From: Gaiellaceae bacterium
GTDB lineage: Bacteria > Actinomycetota > Thermoleophilia > Gaiellales > Gaiellaceae
Assembly (NCBI GenBank): GCA_036271235.1
Contig: DATBBA010000002.1
Location: 802 to 64,801 of the forward strand
Direction of reading: 5' to 3'
DNA length: 64,000 nucleotides
Positions 43,352 to 51,314 of this stretch are shown here, piece after piece (position 1 is the stretch's first letter; each line of letters opens with the position of its first letter). Below the pieces are notes generated by a model that saw only the letters and a list, made by a program, of their open reading frames with translations, did not search any database and was not told the origin of the DNA. The position numbers and the translations under genes are program-made.

Positions 43352-44229
43352 GGGCAGCGCTCGAAGCTCCTGTTCGCCTTGCCGAGCTTGCACCCCATGC
43401 CCTCGAGGAGCGACTCGAATCGTGTCCGGCACTCCTGCTTCCGATCGGCACGATCGAATATCACGGCGACCACCTTCCGCTCGGTCTCGACGGACTGAAG
43501 GCGGAGGCGATCGCCGGCGACGCCGCTCGGCGTAGCGGCGCCATCCTCGGTCCGCTCAGCTGGTGGGCTGCGGACGGTGTCGACCGCCCGTACACGTTGA
43601 GACTCGATGCGGGCCTGATCGAGCCGATGCTCGTCGAGGGGCTCGTGCAACTCGCGGGGATGGGATTCCGCGCGATCGTTCTCGTCAACGGGCACTTCGG
43701 GCTCGAGAACTCGAGGCTGCTTCGCAGGGTGGCGCTGGCGGTGATGGAGCGGTGCGAGGCAGTGGTCTGGCCGGTTGCCGAGTACGAGATCCTGCTCGAC
43801 CTCGGCGATCGCGGCGACCATGCAGGGCTCTGGGAGACCTCGCTCCTACTCGGCGTCCGTCCCGAGCTCGTCAATCTGGAGAGCCTGGTGCCGGGCGTAG
43901 CCGCGCGAGGCGTGATCGGAGCGGATCCTCGGGGAGCCTCGAGGCGTCAGGGCGAGGACGGCGTGGCCCAGGCGGGCACCCGGATCGCAGTCGCGGTCGA
44001 GCGGCTGCTCTCACTCGTTGACGCAGAACGAGGAGTGCTCGTCGAATCGCTCACCTCGGCCCTGGGGGCGCTCGATGTTCTTGCCGGGCTTCGCGCGCAG
44101 ATGCCCCGCGAGCAGGTGCCGCCCGTGCTCACTCCCGCCTGGGAGCGCCATCTGCGTGCTCTCGACGCGGGTGAGTTCGAGCTTGCCCGGCGCGCGGCCG
44201 AGGAGAAGCGCGCCGATCCTGCGGCCTGA
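43348..44229 (+). CDS. creatininase-family amidohydrolase
   Basis: PIGTIEYHGDHLPLGLD, VNGHFG and GDHAG motifs. The TTG start overlaps the upstream TGA. Confidence 0.8.
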   Translation: MRAALEAPVRLAELAPHALEERLESCPALLLPIGTIEYHGDHLPLGLDGLKAEAIAGDAARRSGAILGPLSWWAADGVDRPYTLRLDAGLIEPMLVEGLVQLAGMGFRAIVLVNGHFGLENSRLLRRVALAVMERCEAVVWPVAEYEILLDLGDRGDHAGLWETSLLLGVRPELVNLESLVPGVAARGVIGADPRGASRRQGEDGVAQAGTRIAVAVERLLSLVDAERGVLVESLTSALGALDVLAGLRAQMPREQVPPVLTPAWERHLRALDAGEFELARRAAEEKRADPAA

Positions 44230-44233
44230 GGGC

Positions 44234-45055
44234 CTACGTCGTCGTGGCGGCGGGGCGGGACAGCACGGAGGTCAGCTTCAGCCTGTCCCCGCGGATCCAG
44301 ACGTCCGAGTACTCGAGCGGCTGGCCGTCGTCGAGATAGGTCAACTGCTCCAGATAGAGCACCGGTGCCCCAAACGAGACGTCCAGTGCCTCGGCGATCT
44401 CGCGCGATGCCGCCTGGGCCTCGAATGTCCTCCGGCCGGACGCAATCCGGAGGCCGTAGACTCGCTCGAGCAGCCCGAACATCGTCTCGCGGCGGAAGTC
44501 GTTCGCTTCGATCCCCGGGCAGAAGCGGCGCCGGACGAAGTTGTGCAGCACCGCAACCGGAGCTCCGTCGATCAGCCGCCTGCGCTTGATCTCGAAGACC
44601 TCCTCGCTCTCGCCGAGCTCGAGGAGTGCCGCGATCGGGGCAGGCGGCGATCCGATCGAGGCGCCCTGAACCTCGGTCTCGAACGCGATCCCCTCGCGGG
44701 CGAGGCCCTCGGCGAGCGAGAGCAACTCCTGCCCGATCGGCTGCTCGATCGAGATCGAGCCGACAAAGGTCCCGCGCCCACGCACCTGGACGAGCAGGCT
44801 GTCTTCGATCAGCGTGCGGAGCGAACGACGGATCGTTCCCCGGCTGACCTGAAGCGCATCGGCAAGGTCGGGCTCCGCTGGAAGCCGCATGTGCGCGGGC
44901 CACGCGCCTCGAACGATCTGGCGGCGGATCGCGGCCGAGATCTGCTCGTGCAGCGGAGTCGGGGCCTCTCGCTCCAACTCGAGCGCGAGATCCAGAGGCG
45001 CTGTCGCGGCGAATCCGCGACCATCCGTGTCACCCAACGCAGAGGTGGTCGCCAT
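44234..45055 (-). CDS. GntR-family transcriptional regulator, HutC/UTRA subfamily
   Basis: wHTH (PLHEQISAAIRRQIVRGAW..LPAEPDLADALQVSRGTIRRSLRTL) plus a UTRA-like C-terminal domain. I prefer ATG 45055. Confidence 0.85.
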   Translation of the reverse strand: MATTSALGDTDGRGFAATAPLDLALELEREAPTPLHEQISAAIRRQIVRGAWPAHMRLPAEPDLADALQVSRGTIRRSLRTLIEDSLLVQVRGRGTFVGSISIEQPIGQELLSLAEGLAREGIAFETEVQGASIGSPPAPIAALLELGESEEVFEIKRRRLIDGAPVAVLHNFVRRRFCPGIEANDFRRETMFGLLERVYGLRIASGRRTFEAQAASREIAEALDVSFGAPVLYLEQLTYLDDGQPLEYSDVWIRGDRLKLTSVLSRPAATTT

Positions 45056-45126
45056 GTCCAACGACAAGCATAGACATTCCTGGACGCATGCCCTCTCGCG
45101 CCGCTCAATGCTTGAATTCACGGCAC

Positions 45127-45155
45127 TTGACTTCGTTCCAAAATGTGTCTAGTGT
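45127..45155 (+). promoter_or_regulatory. candidate promoter of the ribose operon
   Basis: TTGACT-17 nt-TAGTGT. An imperfect palindrome TGTCTA-N10-TGGACA (45146..45167) overlaps the -10. Confidence 0.45.
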
Positions 45156-45180
45156 CGCTTGTGGACATATATGAACAACC

Positions 45181-46128
45181 ATGCAAGAGAATCGCGTGAG
45201 TAGCTACGGGTCGTCTATCTCGGTCGTCGGAGGCTGCGGTATCGGCATGACGATGAAGATGGAGCGCGTACCCGGGGCCGGCGAGACCGTCTCCGGGGCG
45301 TCATTCGCCACGGGCCCGGGTGGCAAGGGCTCGAATCAGGCGATCGCAGCTCGCAGGCTCGGAGCCGAGGTTGCACTCTTCTCGATCGTCGGGCCCGACG
45401 ACCATGGGCGCATGCTCCGTGCGCTCTGGCGGAGCGAAGGCGTCGACGACGCCTCGGTGCTGATCGGATCGGCGCCCACGATGGTCGGTTCGATCCTCGT
45501 GGATGCGAACGGCGAGAACCGGGTCATCGTCGCCCCCGGGGCTCTGGCGGAGCTCACTGCCAGCTCGATCTCGAGCTTCGCACCGCGGATCGAGGCTGGA
45601 GCAGCGTTGCTCGTCAGCCTCGAGGTGCCGGTCGAGACCGCCGCCGCTGCCCTTGCCTGCGCTCGTGCCGCGGGCGTGGCGACCGTTCTGAACGCCGCCC
45701 CCGCCACAGCGCTCCCGGCGGAGGCGCGAGCTCAGACGGACCACCTGATTCCGAACCGCTCGGAGGCAGCACTTCTCACCGGGCGGGATCCCGCCGAACC
45801 GGGCGACGCGCTCGTCGACGCCCTGCGAGCCGAGTTTTCCGGCACGATCGTGATGACGATCGGCAGTGAGGGCGTCCTCGTCGACGATGGTTCGAACCGG
45901 GAGCACGTTGCGGCCGTCGAGGTCGAAACCGTCGTCGACTCGACCGGGGCCGGCGACGCGTTCTGCGCGGCCTACACAACCGCTCTCGTCGAAGGTGCCG
46001 AGCCGATCGAGGCGGCTCGGTTTGCAACACACGCCGGCGCCTTCGCCGTCACCGTCGACGAGGTGGTGCCCGCTCTTCCCCACCGGGTCGATCTGCCTCG
46101 CCTTGCTGCCGCAACGGGACGCCTGTGA
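45181..46128 (+). CDS. rbsK: ribokinase / PfkB-family carbohydrate kinase
   Basis: GGKGSNQAIAA and DSTGAGDAF motifs. It heads an operon with ribose ABC components and RbsD. Confidence 0.8.
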   Translation: MQENRVSSYGSSISVVGGCGIGMTMKMERVPGAGETVSGASFATGPGGKGSNQAIAARRLGAEVALFSIVGPDDHGRMLRALWRSEGVDDASVLIGSAPTMVGSILVDANGENRVIVAPGALAELTASSISSFAPRIEAGAALLVSLEVPVETAAAALACARAAGVATVLNAAPATALPAEARAQTDHLIPNRSEAALLTGRDPAEPGDALVDALRAEFSGTIVMTIGSEGVLVDDGSNREHVAAVEVETVVDSTGAGDAFCAAYTTALVEGAEPIEAARFATHAGAFAVTVDEVVPALPHRVDLPRLAAATGRL

Positions 46129-46216
46129 CCCCGCACCCATCCGCCTCCAGGCCCGGTCGTTCCAGCTGACCAGGCGATCCAACTCCAAAAAACTCATATC
46201 CAAGGAGGACAAGAAC

Positions 46217-47236
46217 ATGCGTCGTCGTCTGAGCCCGAAGCTTTTCGCGGGCCTCGCCCTGCTGACCTTCGGCCTGGTCGGCGTCTCCGCTCAGGCGGCA
46301 GTCGCCGGTCACTCGTCCAGTCCGCTCAAGGGATTCAAGCTCGCTTCGTACATCCAGAACGACGTCAGTTCGGGCAAGAAGCTGAACTTCGTCTACATCA
46401 CAAACGACCTGGCAAGCTCGTACACCGCCGCTCAGAAGGCCGGAGTCGTGAAGGCGGCCAAGGTCCTCGGCGTCGACGCGACGCTTCAGGGCCCCCCGAC
46501 GGGAGCGGCGCAGGATCAGGTCAACCTGATCCAGACGCTCGTCACCCAGCAGAAGGTCGACGGCATCGTCGTCGCCGCCGTGAACGTCGACTCGCTCAAG
46601 CCGGTGATCCAGGCAGCATTCAGCGCCGGCATTCCGCTGATCTCGGCCTTCACGGACCAGCCCGGCTCCAAGCAGCTCGCGTTCATCGGTGAGGACAATC
46701 ATGCGTTCGGGGTCTACGAGGGCAAGCTCCTCGCCAAGCGCCTCGCCGGGAAGTCGGGCAAGGTCGTCCTGCTCTCGGTCGACACCGCCGCAGGCTGGTC
46801 GACGGCGCGGATCTCGGGGCTCCAACAGGGTTTGAAGGCCAACCCCCACCTGACCACGGTCGGCCCCATCAACACCTCGATCGAGCCGGCCCAGATGTTC
46901 AACGCGATCCAGAGCGCGATGCAGGCGAACTCGGACGCGATCGCCATCGCCTCCGTCGATTGCTGCAGCATCGACGGGGCGGCGAAGTGGGTTCAGACGA
47001 ACGGGAAGACCGGCAAGATCCCGGTCATCGGCACGGACGCCCTTCAGCAGACGCTCAACTACATCAAGGGCGGCCAGGTGATCTTCTCGATCAGCCAGAA
47101 TCCGGTCGGCCAGGTGTTCGACTCGATTCAGGAGCTGAAGGCGTTCGTGACCAAGGGCACGCCCCCGAAGACGGTAATCCTTCCGCCGCTGCTCGTGACG
47201 AAGAGCAACGCGGCCACGGTCACGCCGGAGGGATGA
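46217..47236 (+). CDS. rbsB: sugar (ribose-type) ABC transporter substrate-binding protein
   Basis: AAGGAGGA SD, signal peptide, and a periplasmic-binding-protein type I pattern. No Cys in the signal region. Confidence 0.8.
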   Translation: MRRRLSPKLFAGLALLTFGLVGVSAQAAVAGHSSSPLKGFKLASYIQNDVSSGKKLNFVYITNDLASSYTAAQKAGVVKAAKVLGVDATLQGPPTGAAQDQVNLIQTLVTQQKVDGIVVAAVNVDSLKPVIQAAFSAGIPLISAFTDQPGSKQLAFIGEDNHAFGVYEGKLLAKRLAGKSGKVVLLSVDTAAGWSTARISGLQQGLKANPHLTTVGPINTSIEPAQMFNAIQSAMQANSDAIAIASVDCCSIDGAAKWVQTNGKTGKIPVIGTDALQQTLNYIKGGQVIFSISQNPVGQVFDSIQELKAFVTKGTPPKTVILPPLLVTKSNAATVTPEG

Positions 47237-48744
47237 GCTCGAGCACGACCTTGCCGGGGAGCCCGTTCGCAGCAAGTGTGAGCGGGCTCTCCAAGCATTT
47301 TCCGGGCGTGACCGCGCTCGACGGCGTCAGCATGGGCTTCCTTCGGGGGAAGGTCACGGCCGTCGTCGGAGAGAACGGCGCGGGGAAGTCGACCTTGATG
47401 ACGATCCTCGCGGGGCTGCAGCGCCCGGACGCGGGCTCGGTCACGATCGGGACGAACGAGGTGAAGGTGTTCGCTCCCCAGAACCTGCTCGGAGAGCACG
47501 CGGTCGCGCTCGTCCCGCAAGAGATTGCGCTCTGCCGCGACAGGACCGTGGCGCAGAACGTCATGCTCGGCCGCGAGCAGGGGCTCGTCCCCTCGCGGCG
47601 GCGGATGGTCGCCGAGACGGCCTCGCTCCTTGGGAGCATCGACGCCGCGATCGATCCGCTCCGTCGGGTCGGCTCCCTCTCGATTGCCGAACAGCAGCTC
47701 GTCCTGATCGCGAGGGCGCTCGCGCGCGAATGCGAGATCCTGATCCTCGACGAACCGACCACGTCGCTGACGACGGAGGAAGTCGACCGGCTCTTCGTTC
47801 TGCTCCGCCGTCTCCGAGAATCCGGGACGACGATCGTCTATGTGTCGCATCGGCTTCCGGAGATCGTGTCGATTTCGGACGCGATCCACGTGCTCCGCGA
47901 CGGATCGCTGGTCGGCACCTTCGACAGGGGTGACGTCGATCCGGGGATTCTGGTTCGGACGATGGTCGGCCGTGCGCTCGTCGAGCGGGCCGAAGCCGAG
48001 GATCGCGTGACGGGCTCGCTCGTCCTCCAGGCGAGAGGCCTCACCGGAAAGGGGTTCGAGGACGTCGCGCTCGAGATCTCGGCGGGAGAGATCGTCGGCC
48101 TGGCCGGGCTTCCCGATGCGGGCCGGACGCAGGTGCTGGCGGCGCTCTTCGGTGCGCTCGCGGCGGCGGGAACGATCGAGCTGGACGGTTCGCCGCTCCG
48201 GCTTCACACCCCTCGCGACGCGATCAGGGCGGGGATCGGCTACGTGCCGGCCGAGAGACGCTCCGAGGGCATCTTCCCGGCGCTGGACGTCGCGACGAAC
48301 CTCGCAATGCTCGAGCTCGGCTCCGTGTCGCGCTTTGGCGTCGTGCGACGCTCGGCCATCGCGCGCCTCGCGGAGGAGCGCCTCGAAACGGGCGGGATCC
48401 GCGGGCGCGCCCGGGGGCGCATCACCCAGCTTTCAGGTGGCAACCAGCAGAAGGTCATCCTCAGCCGCTGGCTTGCGCGCAATCCGCGCGTGCTGCTCCT
48501 CGACGAGCCGACTCGCGGGATCGACGTCGGCGCCAAGTCGGACATCCACGAACGGCTCCGGGCGAGCGCGCGGCAAGGCGCAGCGATCCTGATGTCGTCG
48601 TCCGACCTTCCGGAGCTGCTTCGCGCCTGCGATCGGATCGTCGTGATGGCGCACGGTCGCGTCGTCGCCTCGGTCGATGCGCTGACAGCGACCGAGGACA
48701 GCGTGATGGCGCTGGCGACCGGAGTCGAACAGCGGGCCGCGTGA
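47233..48744 (+). CDS. rbsA: sugar ABC transporter ATP-binding protein (duplicated ATPase)
   Basis: Walker A GENGAGKST, LSIAEQQ, ILDEPT, and second-half LSGGNQQKV / LLDEPTRGID. ATGA overlap. Confidence 0.85.
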   Translation: MSSSTTLPGSPFAASVSGLSKHFPGVTALDGVSMGFLRGKVTAVVGENGAGKSTLMTILAGLQRPDAGSVTIGTNEVKVFAPQNLLGEHAVALVPQEIALCRDRTVAQNVMLGREQGLVPSRRRMVAETASLLGSIDAAIDPLRRVGSLSIAEQQLVLIARALARECEILILDEPTTSLTTEEVDRLFVLLRRLRESGTTIVYVSHRLPEIVSISDAIHVLRDGSLVGTFDRGDVDPGILVRTMVGRALVERAEAEDRVTGSLVLQARGLTGKGFEDVALEISAGEIVGLAGLPDAGRTQVLAALFGALAAAGTIELDGSPLRLHTPRDAIRAGIGYVPAERRSEGIFPALDVATNLAMLELGSVSRFGVVRRSAIARLAEERLETGGIRGRARGRITQLSGGNQQKVILSRWLARNPRVLLLDEPTRGIDVGAKSDIHERLRASARQGAAILMSSSDLPELLRACDRIVVMAHGRVVASVDALTATEDSVMALATGVEQRAA

Positions 48745-49781
48745 CGAACCTCGAGGAAACGGCAGTCGTGCCCCCGGTGCGCGAGCTGACGACCCGTCCG
48801 GCCCAGCCGTCCGGTTACTCGCGCGTCCTCCGGAGGCTCGTTCTCCAGCGTGAGATCGGGGTGATCATCGCCCTCGGCGCTCTCTGTGCGTACGGCGCGA
48901 TCGCGACATCGGGATTCGCGCGCAAGGAGAACCTGCTCAACGTCGGTCAACAGGTCTCGCTGATCGGGATGATGGCCGTTGGGATGACGTTCGTGATCAT
49001 CACGGGCGAGATCGACCTGAGCGTCGGCTCCATCTACGCGCTCGCGAGCATGGTCACGGCTCTCATGCTCAGCCACGGGGTGTACTGGGGCTTCGCGATC
49101 CTCGGCGGCCTCGGCGTCGGCGCAGGCTGCGGGCTCGTGAACGGGTTTCTCACCGTTCTCTTCCGGATCCCGAGCTTCATCGTCACCCTCGGAACCCTCA
49201 GTGTCTTCGAGGGAATGGCGTTGCTGATCACGAACGCAGCCCCGATCAGCCTCGACCAGACCAAGCACAACATCGCGCAGTTCTCCTATCTCGGCGAGGG
49301 CAAACCGTTCGGGATCCCGATGCAACTGCTGCTGATGCTGGCCGTCGTCCTCGTCGGCGGCTTCGTCCTCCGCTTCACCAAGTTCGGGTACCACGTCTAC
49401 GCCGTCGGCGGAAGCCGCGAGGCCGCGCGGCTCTGCGGGATCCCCGTCGATCGGATCCGCATCCTCTCCTTCGTGATCGTCGGTGTGCTGAGCGCCCTCG
49501 CAGGGATCGCCGGGCTGTCGTTCCTGCTCTACGTCTCGGGCGACACGGGAACGGGGCTGGAGCTTCTCGTGATCACCGCCGTGATCATCGGCGGGACAGC
49601 GCTCTTCGGCGGTTCGGGGACGATGCTCGGAACGCTCGTCGGGGTGTTCCTGATCGGCGCGCTCCAGAACGTGCTCATCCTCGCCCAGGTGGCGTCCTTC
49701 TGGCAGACGGTGGTCGTCGGCGTCGTGATCGTGGCGGCCGTTGCCTTCGACAGCTGGCTCAGGCGCCGGAGCGACTCGTGA
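48741..49781 (+). CDS. rbsC: sugar ABC transporter permease
   Basis: 346 aa, polytopic, with a GEIDLSVGS motif. GTGA overlap. Confidence 0.85.
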   Translation: MTNLEETAVVPPVRELTTRPAQPSGYSRVLRRLVLQREIGVIIALGALCAYGAIATSGFARKENLLNVGQQVSLIGMMAVGMTFVIITGEIDLSVGSIYALASMVTALMLSHGVYWGFAILGGLGVGAGCGLVNGFLTVLFRIPSFIVTLGTLSVFEGMALLITNAAPISLDQTKHNIAQFSYLGEGKPFGIPMQLLLMLAVVLVGGFVLRFTKFGYHVYAVGGSREAARLCGIPVDRIRILSFVIVGVLSALAGIAGLSFLLYVSGDTGTGLELLVITAVIIGGTALFGGSGTMLGTLVGVFLIGALQNVLILAQVASFWQTVVVGVVIVAAVAFDSWLRRRSDS

Positions 49782-50245
49782 AGCGCAGCGGGATCCTGAA
49801 CCCGGGCCTGTGTCGCGCGATCGCCTCTCTCGGCCACGGCGACGTCCTGATGGTCGTCGACGCCGGCTTCCCGATTCCGGCGTCGGTCGATCGGATCGAT
49901 CTGGCAATCGCCCAGGATTTCCCCGACCTGCGGTCAGTTCTCTCGCTCGTACACAGCGAGTTCATCGCCGAGAACGTGACGTTCGCGGCGGAGATGGCCG
50001 AGAACAATCCCCTCCTGCACGCGTGGCTTCTCGACGAGTTCGCCGACACCGAGTTCGAGGCCGTGCCGCACACGGAGATGCTGACGACTATGGCTGCCTC
50101 GGCCAGGACGGTCGTCCGCACCGGGGCATTCGATCCGTGGGGCAATATCGCGCTCCGGTCGGGCGTCGACGTGCCCCGGTGGTTCACGAAGGACGGCGTC
50201 CGGGTTCCCGAGTACTACCGCGAACGCATGACGGCCGGGGGTTGA
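49778..50245 (+). CDS. rbsD: D-ribose pyranase (RbsD/FucU family)
   Basis: GILNPGLCRAIASLGHGDVLMVVDAGFPIP. GTGA overlap. Confidence 0.75.
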   Translation: MKRSGILNPGLCRAIASLGHGDVLMVVDAGFPIPASVDRIDLAIAQDFPDLRSVLSLVHSEFIAENVTFAAEMAENNPLLHAWLLDEFADTEFEAVPHTEMLTTMAASARTVVRTGAFDPWGNIALRSGVDVPRWFTKDGVRVPEYYRERMTAGG

Positions 50246-50249
50246 TGCG

Positions 50250-51206
50250 GTGACACTCCACGCACAATCCCGCGCCTTCCTCGATGCCTGCGAACGGGAC
50301 AGTCTCCCGATGCCATGGGAAGCGGCCACGGCCGCGGACGCCCGTCGCTCGCTCGCCGATCTGTTCGTCGCCCCAGAGGAGCCGATCCCTGTCGGGGCGG
50401 TGCAGGAGCGCGACGTCCCGATCGACGGGACGAGAGTCCGGACGCGAATCTTCACACCCGAGGGTGAAGGCACGTTCCCGATCCTGCTCTGGTTTCACGG
50501 GGGAGGCTGGGTCGTCGGCAGCCTCGAGGAGTCGGACACCGTCTGCCGCTCGCTCTGTGCCAGGACGGGGGCGATCGTCGTGTGCCCGGACTACCGGATG
50601 GCGCCCGAGCACCGCTTCCCGGTGGCGGTAGAGGACTGCTACGCGCTCACCGCCTGGGCCGCCGAGGCGGGACCATCGTTCGGAGGCGATCCGAGCCGGA
50701 TCGCCGTTGCCGGAGACAGCGCCGGCGGAAACCTTGCCGCGGCCGTCGCGCTGATGGCCCGCGACCGCTCCGGCCCCCGGCTCGTCTTCCAGGCGCTCGT
50801 CTACCCGGTGCTGGGCATGCCGGACGACGGGCGTCCCTCGTACGACGCGTTCGCCGAGGGGCTCTTCCTCACCCGGCACGGAATGGAATGGTTTGCAGAG
50901 CAATACCTCGGCGGTCCGGTGGACGCTCGAAACCCGTATCTCGTCCCGCTTCGGGCGGAAGACCTCGCCGGGCTCCCGCCGGCCCTCATCTTGACGGCCG
51001 AGTACGACCCACTCAGAGACGAGGGTGAGGAGTACGCACGCCGCCTCGAGGCGGACGGCACACCGTGCACGCTCAGCCGTTACGCCGGGATGATCCACGC
51101 GTTCTTCGTCCTGCCCGATCAGTTCGACGATGCGGTCAGAGCGCATGAACAGGTAGCGGGCGCGCTTCGTGAGGCCTTCGCGGCCCCGGCGCGCGTCACC
51201 GCCTGA
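50250..51206 (+). CDS. alpha/beta-hydrolase esterase/lipase, hormone-sensitive-lipase family
   Basis: HGGGW oxyanion motif, GDSAGGNLA nucleophile elbow, and C-terminal DPLRDEG..H. Confidence 0.85.
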   Translation: MTLHAQSRAFLDACERDSLPMPWEAATAADARRSLADLFVAPEEPIPVGAVQERDVPIDGTRVRTRIFTPEGEGTFPILLWFHGGGWVVGSLEESDTVCRSLCARTGAIVVCPDYRMAPEHRFPVAVEDCYALTAWAAEAGPSFGGDPSRIAVAGDSAGGNLAAAVALMARDRSGPRLVFQALVYPVLGMPDDGRPSYDAFAEGLFLTRHGMEWFAEQYLGGPVDARNPYLVPLRAEDLAGLPPALILTAEYDPLRDEGEEYARRLEADGTPCTLSRYAGMIHAFFVLPDQFDDAVRAHEQVAGALREAFAAPARVTA

Positions 51207-51266
51207 TCCTGTCAGGAGCCGTGCGGCCGCGGGTGATGATCCAACCGCCGGCGCCTGGCAGGACGA

Positions 51267-51292
51267 GAGAGGGCCCGTCGCCGGGCCCTCTC
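51267..51292. terminator. bidirectional terminator hairpin between convergent genes
   Basis: GAGAGGGCCCG-tcgc-CGGGCCCTCTC, a perfect 11-bp stem. Confidence 0.6.
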
Positions 51293-51314
51293 ACGGTTGC
51301 TTCCCCGCCGAGGT

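Noticed and set aside
43348-44229. Creatininase-family genes (also 61061..61858) as MftE of a mycofactocin-like RiPP cluster.
   Set aside because: No radical-SAM (MftC), MftB-like chaperone or short precursor-peptide gene is adjacent. The neighbours are an ADH with a ferritin-like protein, and peptidases.
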